From assembly GCA_964016885.1 (NCBI GenBank), contig OZ024744.1, positions 59,396,001-59,460,000 on the forward strand: a stretch of DNA of 64,000 nt, given 5' to 3'. The translations under genes and the position numbers were made by a program. The notes beneath the pieces are model-generated. The model was not told where the DNA came from. It made no database searches and saw only the letters and a list, made by a program, of their open reading frames with translations. This DNA comes from Eledone cirrhosa. Taxonomy: Eukaryota. This document shows positions 42,114-54,600 of this stretch, one piece after another (the first letter of the stretch is position 1; each line of letters begins with the position of its first letter).

Positions 42114-45100
42114 GGAAAAAATGAAACGAAATTTCATTTCCTACTCTTAGTACAGCTGTTACTTAAATATAAGTATGTACACGTACATACAGATATGTAT
42201 ACAGACGTACAGTAGTATATATATATATATATATATATACATACATGCACACATATATAAATGTACGTATGGATTCACCGAACATTTATTATAAAGCTCG
42301 GTGTGTTTGTAAACAAACAAACAAACAAACCGTTTATCGTTTTCGGTGAACCCGGCCGATTAACCCACTCGATATGCAAATTGGGCTACTCAGCCGTTAA
42401 TATGCATAAGGTAAGTATATACGTTCAACAATCTGACAGAAAGATATACGTTGCTGACGATAGCTAATAAGCTTGAAACTAGTACAGCGTTCCTTTGTCA
42501 GTGTTGAACAAACGAGCAATGATGGTTGCTGGACACTACGGCTTAATACGGGATGCTTGTTTACAAACACACCGAGCATTATAATAAATGTTCGGTGAAT
42601 CCATACGTACATATATATATGTATACCTGTATGTATATATATATACATACTACTGTACGTCTGTATACATATATGTATGTACGTGTACATACTTATATTT
42701 AAGTAACAGCCGTACTAAGAGTGGGAAATGAAATTTCGTTTCATTTTTTCCGTTTATCGTTTAAGGTGCACCCGGCCGATTAACCCACTCGATATGCAAA
42801 TTGGGCTACTCAGCCGTTAATATGCATAAGGTAAGTATATACGTTCAACAATCTGGCAGGAAGGTATACGTTGCTGACGATAGCTAATAAGCTTGAAACT
42901 AGTACAGCGTTCCTTTGTCAGTGTTGAACAAACGAGCAACGATGGTTGCTTGACACTACGGCTTAATACGGGATGTTTGTTTACAAACACACCGAGCATT
43001 ATAATAAATGTTCGGTGAATCCATACGTACATATATATATGTGTGCATGTATGTATATATATATATACATACTACTGTACGTCTGTATACATATATGTAT
43101 GTACGTGTACATACTTATATTTAAGTAACAGCCGTACTAAGAGTGGGAAATGAAATTTTGTTTCATTTTTTCCGTTTATCGTTTTCGGTGCACCCGGCCG
43201 ATTAACCCACTCGATATGCAAATTGGCCTACTCACCGGTTAATATGCATAAGGTAAGTATATACGTTCAACAATCTGGCAGGAAGGTATACGTTGCTGAC
43301 GATAGCTTAATAAGATTGAAACTAGTACAGTGTTCCTTTGTCAGTGTTGAACAAACGAGCAACGATGGTTGCTGGACACTACGGCTTAATACGGGATGTT
43401 TGTTTACAAACACACGGAGCATTATAATAAATGTTCGGTGAATCCATACGTACATATATATATGTGTGCATGTATGTATATATATATACATACTACTGTA
43501 CGTCTGTATACATATATGTATGTACGTGTACATACTTATATTTAACTAACAGTCGTACTAAGAGTGGGAAATGAAATTTCGTTTCATTTTTTCCGTTTAT
43601 CGTTTTCGGTGAACCCGGCCGATTAACCCATTCGATATGCAAATTGGGCTACTCAGCCTTAATATGCATAAGGTAAGTATATACGTTCAACAATCTGGCA
43701 GGAAGGTATACGTTGCTGACGATAGCTAATAAGCTTGAAACTAGTACAGCGTTCCTTTGTCAGTGTTGAACAAACGAGTAACGATGGTTGCTGGACACTA
43801 CGGCTTAATACGAGCTGTTTGTTTACAAACACACCGAGCATTATAATAAATGTTCGGTGAATCCATACGTACATATATATATGTATGCCTGCATGTATAT
43901 ATATATACATACTACTGTACGTCTGTATACATATATGTATGTACGTGTACATACTTATATTTAAGTAACAGCACTACTAAGAGTGGGAAATGAAATTTCG
44001 TTTCATTTTTTCCGTTTATCGTTTACGGTACACCCGGCCGATTAACCCACTCGATATGCAAATTGGGCTACTCAGCCGTTAATATGCATAAGGTAAGTAT
44101 ATACGTTCAACAATCTGTCAGGAAGGTATACGTTGCTGACGATAGCTAATAAGCTTGAAACTAGTACAGCGTTCCTTTGTCAGTGTTGAACAAACGAGCA
44201 ACGATGGTTGCTTGACACTACGGCTTAATACGGGATGTTTGTTTACAAACACACCGAGCATTATAATAAATGTTCGGTGAATCCATACGTACATATATAT
44301 ATGTGTGCATGTATGTATATATATATATATACATACTACTGTACGTCTGTATACATATATGTATGTACGTGTACATACTTATATTTAAGTAACAGCCGTA
44401 CTAAGAGTGGGAAATGAAATTTTGTTTCATTTTTTCCGTTTATCGTTTTCGGTGCACCCGGCCGATTAACCCACTCGATATGCAAATTGGCCTACTCAGC
44501 GGTTAATATGCATAAGGTAAGTATATACGTTCAACAATCTGGCAGGAAGGTATACGCTGCTGACGATAGCTTAATAAGCTTGAAACTAGTACAGTGTTCC
44601 TTTGTCAGTGTTGAACAAACGAGCAACGATGGTTGCTGGACACTACGGCTTAATACGGGATGTTTGTTTACAAACACACGTAGCATTATAATAAATGTTC
44701 GGTGAATCCATACGTACATATATATATGTGTGCATGTATGTATATATATATACATACTACTGTACGTCTGTATACATATATGTATGTACGTGTACATACT
44801 TATATTTAAGTAACAGCCGTACTAAGAGTGGGAAATGAAATTTCGTTTCATTTTTTCCGTTTATCGTTTTCGGTGAACCCGGCCGATTAACCCATTCGAT
44901 ATGCAAATTGGGCTACTCAGCCTTAATATGCATAAGGTAAGTATATACGTTCAACAATCTGGCAGGAAGGTATACGTTGCTGACGATAGCTAATAAGCTT
45001 GAAACTAGTACAGCGTTCCTTTGTCAGTGTTGAACAAACGAGTAACGATGGTTGCTGGACACTACGGCTTAATACGAGCTGTTTGTTTACAAACACACCG

Positions 45101-45295
45101 AGCATTATAATAAATGTTCGGTGAATCCATACGTACACATATATATATGTGTGCATGTATGTATATATATATATACATACTACTGTACGTCTGTATACAT
45201 ATATGTATGTACGTGTACATACATATATTTTTTTTATTATTTGTCGTATTCCCAACTTTTTATTTCTATATATATATAACATTTATGTATTTTCT

Positions 45296-45300
<5 letters not shown>
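42110..45300 (+). repeat. Hammerhead repeat block: inverted head plus 7 units (ribozymes at 42448, 42868, 43290, 43710, 44130, 44554, 44974) plus tail
   Basis: Spacing 420-424 bp; catalytic core conserved in all seven. Confidence 0.93.
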
Positions 45301-45332
<32 letters not shown>

Positions 45333-45348
45333 ATATATATATATATAT

Positions 45349-45405
<57 letters not shown>

Positions 45406-45502
45406 AGAGTTAAACAAGATTCATATGAATACATCTAAGAATGAGTTTTACACACATACATATGTGTGTGTATGTATTTGTCTGTATATGCTTGTGTATA
45501 TG

Positions 45503-45577
<75 letters not shown>

Positions 45578-45581
<4 letters not shown>

Positions 45582-46572
45582 GGAAAAAATGAAACGAAAT
45601 TTCATTTCCCACTCTTAATACGGTTGTTACTTAAATATAAGTATGTACACGTACATACATATATGTATACAGACGTACAGTAGTATGTATATATACATAC
45701 ATGCACACATATATATATGTACGTATGGATTCACCGACATTTATTATAAAGCTCGGTGTGTTTGTAAACAAACAAACAAACAAACCGTTTATCGTTTTCG
45801 GTGAACCCGGCCGATTAACCCACTCGATATGCAAATTGGGCTACTCAGCCGTTAATATGCATAAGGTAAGTATATACGTTCAACAATCTGGCAGAAAGGT
45901 ATACCTTGCTGACGATAGCTAATAAGCTTGAAACTAGTACAGCGTTCCTTTGTCACTGTTTAACAAACGAGCAACGATGGTTGCTGGACACTACGGCTTA
46001 ATACGGGATGCTTGTTTACAAACACACCGAGCATTATAATAAATGTTCGGTGAATCCATACGTACATATATATATGTATGCCTGTATGTATATATATATA
46101 CATACTACTGTACGTCTGTATACATATATGTATGTACGTGTACATACTTATATTTAAGTAACAGCCGTAGTAAGAGTGGGAAATGAAATTTCGTTTCATT
46201 TTTTCCGTTTATCGTTTACGGTGAACCCGGCCGATTAACCCACTCGATATGCAAATTGGGCTACTCAGCCGTTAATATGCATAAGGTAAGTATATATGTT
46301 CAACAATCTGGCAGGAAGGTATACGTTGCTGACGATAGCTAATAAGCTTGAAACTAGTACAGCGTTCCTTTGTCAGTGTTGAACAAACGAGCAACGATGG
46401 TTGCTGGACACTACGGCTTAATACGGGATTTCTGTTTACAAACACCGATCACTATAATAAATGTTTGGTGAATCCATACGTACATATATATATATATGTG
46501 TGCATGTATGTATGTATATATACATACTACTGTACGTCTGTATACGTATATGTATGTACGTGTACATACTTA
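45578..46572 (+). repeat. Hammerhead repeat block: inverted head plus 2 units (ribozymes at 45903, 46323)
   Basis: Spacing 420 bp; ends in (TA)n. Confidence 0.9.
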
Positions 46573-46576
46573 TCTA

Positions 46577-46609
<33 letters not shown>

Positions 46610-46613
<4 letters not shown>

Positions 46614-47605
46614 CGAAGGAAATGTGGTAAGGAACCAGGTGGACCATAACGCACCAAAGTACTCAATACTTGAGGTAGTAGAGTGGGTAATAGGAACCAG
46701 TAAGACCCCGACAGCTGAGCTCAAGCCGTTTCGACGGCTAATTCTGGACTAAATGAACATTTATCCTGGTATTTAAATAGCCGATCTTCTCAAGGGGTAA
46801 TTCCATATATGGTCAAAGTGATTGTCAAAAATCAGTAGTAATTCTGTGGTTGCAAATTAGTAGGGGAGATGGTGGCTAAACCTGCCAGTAGGAGAAAGAG
46901 GGGAGGGGGTGGAGTAGACCCAATCAAGAGTTGGTAGTGCCAGCTACAGCTGGGCATGAGGTCAAAGAAGATACAGGGGAGGGGGAGGGGGAGGAAGTCG
47001 GAACGGTAGGTAGAACAATGGGGGGTAGAAATAGGAAAGAAAAAATACTGAGAGTGAAGAAAAGCAAATAAGTGTAAAGAAAAAAGTAAAGTAAATTAAA
47101 TTCTACGACCTAGGTGTCAGGCTATTGTTAGGCGAGAATAAAATAAAGAAAGATTATTTTATTCTCGCCTAACAATAGCCTGACACCTAGGTCGTAGAAT
47201 TTAATTTACTTTACTTTTTTCTTTACACTTATTTGCTTTTCTTCACTCTCAGTATTTTTTCTTTCCTATTTCTACCCCCCATTGTTCTACCTACCGTTCC
47301 GACTTCCTCCCCCTCCCCCTCCCCTGTATCTTCTTTGACCTCATGCCCAGCTGTAGCTGGCACTACCAACGCTTGATTGGGTCTACTCCACCCCCTCCCC
47401 TCTTTCTCCTACTGGCAGGTTTAGCCACCATCTCCCCTACTAATTTGCAACCACAGAATTACTACTGATTTTTGACAATCACTTTGACCATATATGGAAT
47501 TACCCCTTGAGAAGATCGGCTATTTAAATACCAGGATAAATGTTCATTTAGTCCAGAATTAGCCGTCGAAACGGCTTGAGCTCAGCTGTCGGGGTCTTAC
47601 TGGTT

Positions 47606-47609
<4 letters not shown>
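46610..47609 (-). mobile_element. Near-perfect fold-back element (arms about 46690-47146 and 47154-47609, tail 46610-46689) in (TA)n
   Basis: About 455-bp arms with a roughly 7-nt loop; one hammerhead per arm. Confidence 0.92.
47502..47595 (+). ncRNA. Hammerhead with U3:A8 core (family F); mirror copy 46705-46798 on minus
   Basis: acccc TTGAGAA gatcggcta..tagccgtc GAAA cggcttgagctcagctg TC ggggt. Confidence 0.82.
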
Positions 47610-47644
<35 letters not shown>

Positions 47645-47646
<2 letters not shown>

Positions 47647-48189
47647 CGTTTCTGAATTTGTTTAGCAAGATTCTTTATCTGAAATCGTGTGTTGAAACCG
47701 ATATTGTTATACTTTGGGAGGGTCATGTTGCCAATAAGAAACACACGCACCAGTTGCTTTCATTTCAATTTATTATGTATTTATAAATTTACAAATTTAT
47801 AAATTTCTTGCTGGTTGGTTGGTTCCACAACCAGATAGTTGTTTATATATAGTCATAGTTCTTTCGTCACACACTCTGTGACCTCTTCAGTGACTGGGGA
47901 TTCCTTTCTTTGTTTCTGTGCCTCTCCTTTGTTCCGTCCTACGCCATTTTCTGGCGTACGACAGAACAAAGGAAAGGCACAGAAACAAAGAAAGGAATCC
48001 CCAGTCACTGAAGAGGTCACAGAGTGTGTGACGAAAGAACTATGACTATATATAAACAACTATCTGGTTGTGGAACCAACCAACCAACCAGAAATTTATA
48101 AATTTGTAAATTTATAAATACATAATAAATTGAAGTGAAAGCAACTGGTGCGTGTGTTTCTTATTGGCAACATCACCCTCCCAAAGTAT

Positions 48190-48197
<8 letters not shown>
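47645..48197 (-). mobile_element. Fold-back pseudo-LTR of the PLE family at 31608-33962 (arms about 47701-47946 and 47952-48197, tail 47645-47700)
   Basis: Matches 31606-31870; hammerheads at 47851-47895 (minus) and 48003-48047 (plus): agtca CTGAAGA ggtcac..gtgac GAAA gaac TA tgact. Confidence 0.9.
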
Positions 48198-48231
<34 letters not shown>

Positions 48232-48916
48232 GTATATATATATGTATATATATGTGTGTGTGTGTATGTATATGTGTATGTGTATGGGTATATGTATATG
48301 TATGTGTATGTGTGTGTGTATGTATTTATTTTTATGTGCAATTGTATGTATTTTAAAAGAATTCATTACACTTAATATTATTGCTCCTTAGGTTGAGCTG
48401 AAAGTAGCCTCATATATACGGCTGTTATATCTAGCAGTACGGTTATGAGGCTAGCTAGAAACTGTAAACCATGTGCGTTACACAGTCTTTTAAATTATTT
48501 AGAAGTGAAGCATATCAATTTGTTCCTGGATGTTTACTGAAGAGAGCAGGACATGATATCCTTACACTTTTTTTTATCTCGAAACATATTTGGATTTTAA
48601 AGTTTAAACTTATCTACGGAACAGGTTTGATTTTGAAATTTAAATGTGTCTAAACATCAAGGCCTTTTGGCAATACAGTTCGTCTTTGTTGATTTATTAT
48701 TTTAAATCGATATGGACAGACTGTAATATTATAATTAGTATACTTCATTCTAGCTAAGTAAATTTTCTTTTACAATATAAATACAGATATGTTGGTATTT
48801 GTGTTTCATCATATATATTAATTTATATTTAAATGTTTTATATTTAAATGTTTTACACGGCTCAGAAATATTTCTTTCTTTGAGCTAATTTCATTGTAAA
48901 AGAATTCATTACACTT

Positions 48917-48965
<49 letters not shown>

Positions 48966-48968
<3 letters not shown>

Positions 48969-49302
48969 AAAGTTCTGTTTAAATTGTTGGGATACAACAA
49001 GCAAATATTTTTATAACTGATACAAAGCACTCAACAAATATTTGGAGTAAAAATACGATATTAACAAATGGAAACTATATTTATAAAACCATATTTATTT
49101 CATTATACATATTTCAAGGACACCAAGTTAAATTATGGTGCGCTTTCATCAGATAAAACATATATTATATATTATATATTATATAGATCTATATTATATT
49201 TTATCTGCTGAAAGCACACCATAGTTTAACTTGGTGTCCTTGAAATATGTATAATGAAATAAATATGGTTTTATAAATATAGTTTCCATTTGTTAATATC
49301 GT
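48966..49302 (-). mobile_element. Fold-back element with hammerhead-like core (arms about 49055-49160 and 49198-49302)
   Basis: Minus strand 49157-49101: CTGATGA aagcgcacca..tggtgtcctt GAAA tatg TA; the plus arm has CTGCTGA; stem I imperfect. Confidence 0.7.
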
Positions 49303-49375
49303 ATATATGTATATATATGTGTGTATGTGTATGCATGTGTATGTATATGTGTATGTATATATGTGTGTGTATGTA

Positions 49376-49432
<57 letters not shown>

Positions 49433-49466
49433 TTGTGTGTGTGTGTGCGTGTGCGTGTGTGTGTAG

Positions 49467-49530
<64 letters not shown>

Positions 49531-49636
49531 ATGTGTGTTTATTTTTCCTTTCCTTCTTCCTTTTCCAGCCTCACTTTCATATAAATTATATTTTTGTTTT
49601 TAAAATCCAATGTCAATAAATACACCAGGATTTTTT

Positions 49637-49691
49637 CATTCTGATGACTGAAAGCAAAATTTGTTTGCTTTCAAGAAACCACTGGTAAATG
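49637..49691 (+). ncRNA. Type I hammerhead (family B)
   Basis: catt CTGATGA ctgaaagcaaa..tttgctttcaa GAAA ccactgg TA aatg. Confidence 0.85.
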
Positions 49692-49844
49692 AAATAATTG
49701 CCTTATGTTATTTATTACATAACTATTAAGCTCTGTAACCTACATAGAGCACTCTTTTTTCCTGTACCTTTCCGACGGAATTACTTCATTTATATATATA
49801 TATAACAAGGATGATTGGTTAGTCCTTCATTACGTTTATTGGTT

Positions 49845-49928
49845 GGTGACACGCGTTTCGCTACTGATCTGCTCAAGGTTCGATCTGTATCCATCTGACC
49901 CGACTCTGTATCCGCAGCTCGTCAGACC
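49845..49928 (-). ncRNA. Type I hammerhead in the PLE 3' end
   Basis: Minus strand: ggt CTGACGA gctgc..gtagc GAAA cgcgtg TC acc, followed by AATAAA. Confidence 0.8.
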
Positions 49929-51239
49929 CCTTGTAATGTTAATAGAAAAATGAATACGTGCTGTATGATAAAGTTCCTATGGTGGTCATTAAAGTTTGTT
50001 TTGATTGGTGGATTAATTCATAGGGATGTTATTGCCTGTAGTGTATGTGGGGGGTGGGGGGTGATAAGTTGGTGGTGACGGTCGCAGGTTGAAGTGGGCT
50101 GTGGTGTGGGGGTGCTGGTTATTGGTAGACAGTTTGGCATGTAGATGTGGCTGATTTTTGTGTGTGGTATGGGTGTGGTGTTGTTGTTTGTGATAAAGAT
50201 GAAAGGTTGAGGTGTTTATGGTGGTGTGATGATTGTGTTTGTGGTGTCATTTCCATAAGGAGATACATAGACACACTTAGTCTGACAAATACGTTGTATA
50301 CATACACACGTGTATATATATAGAACCACTGGAGATGGCGTTGTACACATATACTTACACACAGACACACACACATGCGTTGTTTAGGGCGGGATGATAT
50401 GTGTTGGTGATGTTGATGATTGTTGAAATATGGAGATGTGCCTGGTGGTGGTGGTGGTGGTGGGTGCGACAAAATATTTACAGGATCGAATTTTACGATG
50501 GATTACAGGTCAAAAAAGGACATAGGGAACACGGGGGGTGGGGAACAAGGTTGTGAATAAGGGATGGTGGACGTATGGCGATGTGTTTGGTGGTGGGGGT
50601 GATTTGTTCGACATTATATTTACAGGATCGGATGTTACAATGGGTTACAAGTTAAAACCTGACAGAGAAGACACCTAGAACACAATGTTACTGGGATGAG
50701 GGATGTATGGCGATGTGTCTGTTGGTGGGGTGATGGGTGTGACATGATATTTACAAAATCTGAACTTCCAAAGGGTTACATGTTATATAATTCAAATGCA
50801 CTGAGATGAGGGACGGCGTGGCAAGGCAAAGGTAGTTATCACTATGTTGAGTCAGGGTTAGTGTGTGGCCCTCGGCCGAATATTTGTGCAGAGAAGGTGG
50901 TCATCCTGGTGTGTCTACAATTTATAATTATGTCAGACCTAGAGTTTATCGCAGATTTCAATTTAATTATCTCAGCCGCCTCGGCCAGGCATAACCTGCA
51001 GTGGTTTCTGTCGCTGGGGAGTTGGGCCACACGTCTTTTAACTGACCATTTGATCTGGAATTCGATGTTCTTGTCTTTGAGGTCCCAGATCAAGTCCGCC
51101 AGTCTAGTTTGGGATCGTTTGAGCCTGTGTTTAAAGGAGCTTATGCGGTTATACCAGCGCTCCTTAAACGTAGTCGATGTCGCACCTATATAGGAGTACT
51201 CTTTTCTGCCAGCTGTGACATCGCACCGGTAAATAATGT

Positions 51240-51629
51240 ATAGTTAGGATGAGAGGTTAAATATTATCTATATCCGTTTACATTGTTGTTATCGGTCTTC
51301 GAAGGATCTTAGTTATAAGCGATATAATTGAAATACCTTAATCGAAGAGTTGGTAGCTTCTCATCGGTAATACATGCTCAACCCTCTATAAATATAATTT
51401 TATATGTCGCAAAAGGAATGTAGGAGCCATTTTACAATACATCTTCGCGCGTCTGTATCATCTCCCGGTCAGCTCGGTCTGTCTGGCCTCCCGAGTGCTC
51501 TCTGAGGTTTTTCACCAGAGAACGAGAGTGAGATTGACCATGTATTCATACGCAACTTCCCATTGGTCAGTTTGTCCTTATTGCGTATGAAAATGTTGCT
51601 GTTGCTAGGTGCGACGTAGTTCCACTACA
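51240..51629 (-). repeat. Gypsy 3' LTR (5' LTR survives only as 55492-55604)
   Basis: 51517-51629 matches 55492-55604; minus strand starts TGTAGTGG directly after the PPT. Confidence 0.9.
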
Positions 51630-54600
51630 CCACCCTCTGCTTAGACTGGAAAGCAGTCGATAAAAATGAGGAGGTCTGCAAAGGTAACATAAGTCATGCA
51701 AAGCAAATACAAAAATGAGGAAAAAAGGGAAAAAAGAATAATTCATATGTAAATTGTTTTACAAAGTTTCTTGGGCCAATGGACCTGACCTGACGACCAC
51801 TACGAATTGTCGTGATGTATATTGAAGGTAAAGGAGTGTTTGTATGTGATTGTGGTGTTTGCGGTGGTGCTTGTATTGACACATTGTAGGAGGGGGGAGT
51901 ATGAGGCTCTGGTGTGAGAGCATCTGTGTAGGCCCGCTTCAATCTGTCAATAGAGAGTGTGTCTTTATGTCCATTAATGTCAATGGCGAAATGTTTATCT
52001 GTACGTACAAGTACACGATAGGGTCCAGAATAAGGTGGAGTGAGAGGACTTCTCACTGCGTCATTTCTGACAAAACATGGGTCCACGAGGCAATGTCCCT
52101 CGGAACCGAAGATTTAATGGTTTGTTGCCTAGTGTTCATAGGAGGCAGGACTTGAAAATACGCACGCAAACGGGTCACATATAGTGTAGGGTCCTGAGTA
52201 GCAAGGTCAACTAGGGCAAGCATCTGCCCAGGAAGAGATAATGTAGTGCCATACAAAAGCTCAGCTGGAGAGAATCCAAGGTTCTCTTGCATTGAAGTGC
52301 GGATACCGAGTAATACTATGGGGAGGTAGTTGCTCCAATGTAGAGTATCCAGATAGGCACGCAATGCGGTCTTTAACTGGCGATGAAAACGTTCTACCAT
52401 TCCATTAGATGCACGGTGGTAACTTGTAGTCCTGATGCGTTGAGCGCCGATGATATTCGATAGATCCCTGAAAAGTTGGGATTCAAACTGCCTACCACGA
52501 TCTGTAGTAATAGTGGTAGGAACCCCATAGCGCGATATCCATCCTGAAACCAGGGCTCGCGCTACAGATTCAGCAGTAATGTCACTAAGAGGAATGGCTT
52601 CAGGCCATCGGGTGAAACGGTCAATACAGGTCAGGATGTATGAACATCCACGACTGGCAGGCCAAGGTCCCACGATATCAATGTGTATGTGGCAAAAACG
52701 TGCGTCAGGTGTGCTAAATGTGCCGACAGGTGCGCGAATATGTTTATGCACCTTCGACTTTTGACAAGATAAACAGGAACGTGACCAAGCAGTGATATCA
52801 CTTCTCATATTCGGCCAGAAGAATCTAGCTGAAATGAGTTTCACTGTGGCGGAAATTCCGGGGTGTGCCAAACTATGTAGAGAATCGAAAACTATTCGAC
52901 AATGAGTCTCTGGTACCAGAGCGCGAGGTGAATCTGTCGCAGTATCACACAGAATCTGAGAGTCCGAAGTGGGTACAGGCAGGTATTTAAATTTGCAGGT
53001 TGCAAATTCAGGTGAAGACAGATCCAACGACTCTAGGGTGGGCTGTTCTGCAGCCACAAGATGCAAGTCAACAGTCGCAGGTGCTGACAAAGCATTGATG
53101 GGTAGGCGAGATAAGGCATCCGACGCTGTGTTTTGATCACCCGGTATATGACGAATGTCATTCGTAAACTGGGATATGAAGTCCAAGTGACGAGTTTCTT
53201 TGTCCGGATTGAAACTGCGTGCGAACGTAAGTGGACGATGGTCAGTATAGATCGTAAACTGTTGGCCTTCCAGTGAATGCCGAAACTGTTTCACAGCAAG
53301 GAAAATTGTTAACAGTTCGCGGCCGAAGGTGCTATAGCGAGATTCGGCAGGCTTCAGGTGCTTAAAAAAGAAAGCAAGAGGTTGAAGCTGTTGTTGGTGG
53401 TTCTGCTGCAATACTGCACCTACCTCAGTGCTTGATGTATCAACAACCAGCGAAAACTGGGCACCAGACACAGAGTGAGCAAGCAGTGATGCGTTTGCTA
53501 AATTCTGTTTAGCTTTGGAGAATGCTTCAAGTTGAATGGGTCCCAAAGCGACTGGCTCGTTCTTCTTCTACGCAGGAGATCAGATAGTGGGGTTAAGAGT
53601 TCTACGCAATGCGGCATAAACCTAGGATAATAATTTAGGAAGCCTAGGAACTGCCACAGCTGTCGCAAAGAAGTAGCCTTCACTTTCTCAGGAAGTGGGA
53701 ATGTTCCCTCAGAGTTTATCACGTGGCCTAAAAAGACGAGTGAAGCAGCGCCAAAAATACACTTCGCAGGGTTAATGCGAACTTGGTACTGCCTAAATCG
53801 TTCAAACAGTTGGCGGAGGTGCGAGATATGGTCCTCCGGTGAAGCACTCGCGATGAGAATATCGTCGATGTAGCAGTATACAAAATCCAGGTCGCGGACG
53901 ACTTCGTCCATAAATCGCTGAAAGGTACTAACAGCATTGCGTAGTCCAAAAGGCATTGTTAAAAACTCGAATGCACCGAAAGGTGTAGTGAGAGCAGTTT
54001 TAGGAATGTCTGCAGGATTCACATGAATTTGATGGTATGCTCTCTGATCAGGCCCAATTTTGAAAAGATAGTACATCCATGAAGCGAAGAAGTGAAATCC
54101 TGGATGTGAGGAATTGGGTAACGGTCCGGCACGGTGATCGAATTTAATCGCTGAAACTCTCCAGTGGGATGCCAGTCTCCCGAATGTTTCGGCACCATGT
54201 GCAAAGGCGAGGCCCACGGACTGGAAGAAAGGCGAATGATACCCAACTGCAGCATATGGTTAAACTCTGCCTTAGCCGCTTTCAATTTTTCCGGAGCAAA
54301 GCGACGCGGGCGTGAATAAATGGAGCACCCTTAGTCTCAATAAAATGTTTGGTAGAGTGAGTAGGGGTATCTACCAGAAAGTTCAGGTTCGTTAATTCCG
54401 GAAAGGAATGCAAAGGCGTATGATACGGGTCATCCGAAGCAGCGATGTAGAAGACTGGACTGATAGGCTGGATTACAGACGTACGTCCAAGCGCAGAAAG
54501 ATTCGTAGTTGCGTCCAATAAACGACATGTCCGCATATCAACCATAAGATTGAAATGATGCAAAAAATCAGCACCCGGAATAGGATATGACAAATCAGCT

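Noticed and set aside
34962-46752. Repeated 60-130 aa ORFs (MYVWIHRTF.., MAYSAVNMHK..) as a small-protein family
   Set aside because: Frames open and close with single-base indels between units on both strands; what is conserved is the ribozyme motif, not codons
48390-48470. Long stem followed by GAAACTGTA
   Set aside because: No CUGANGA or UUGANAA core in register
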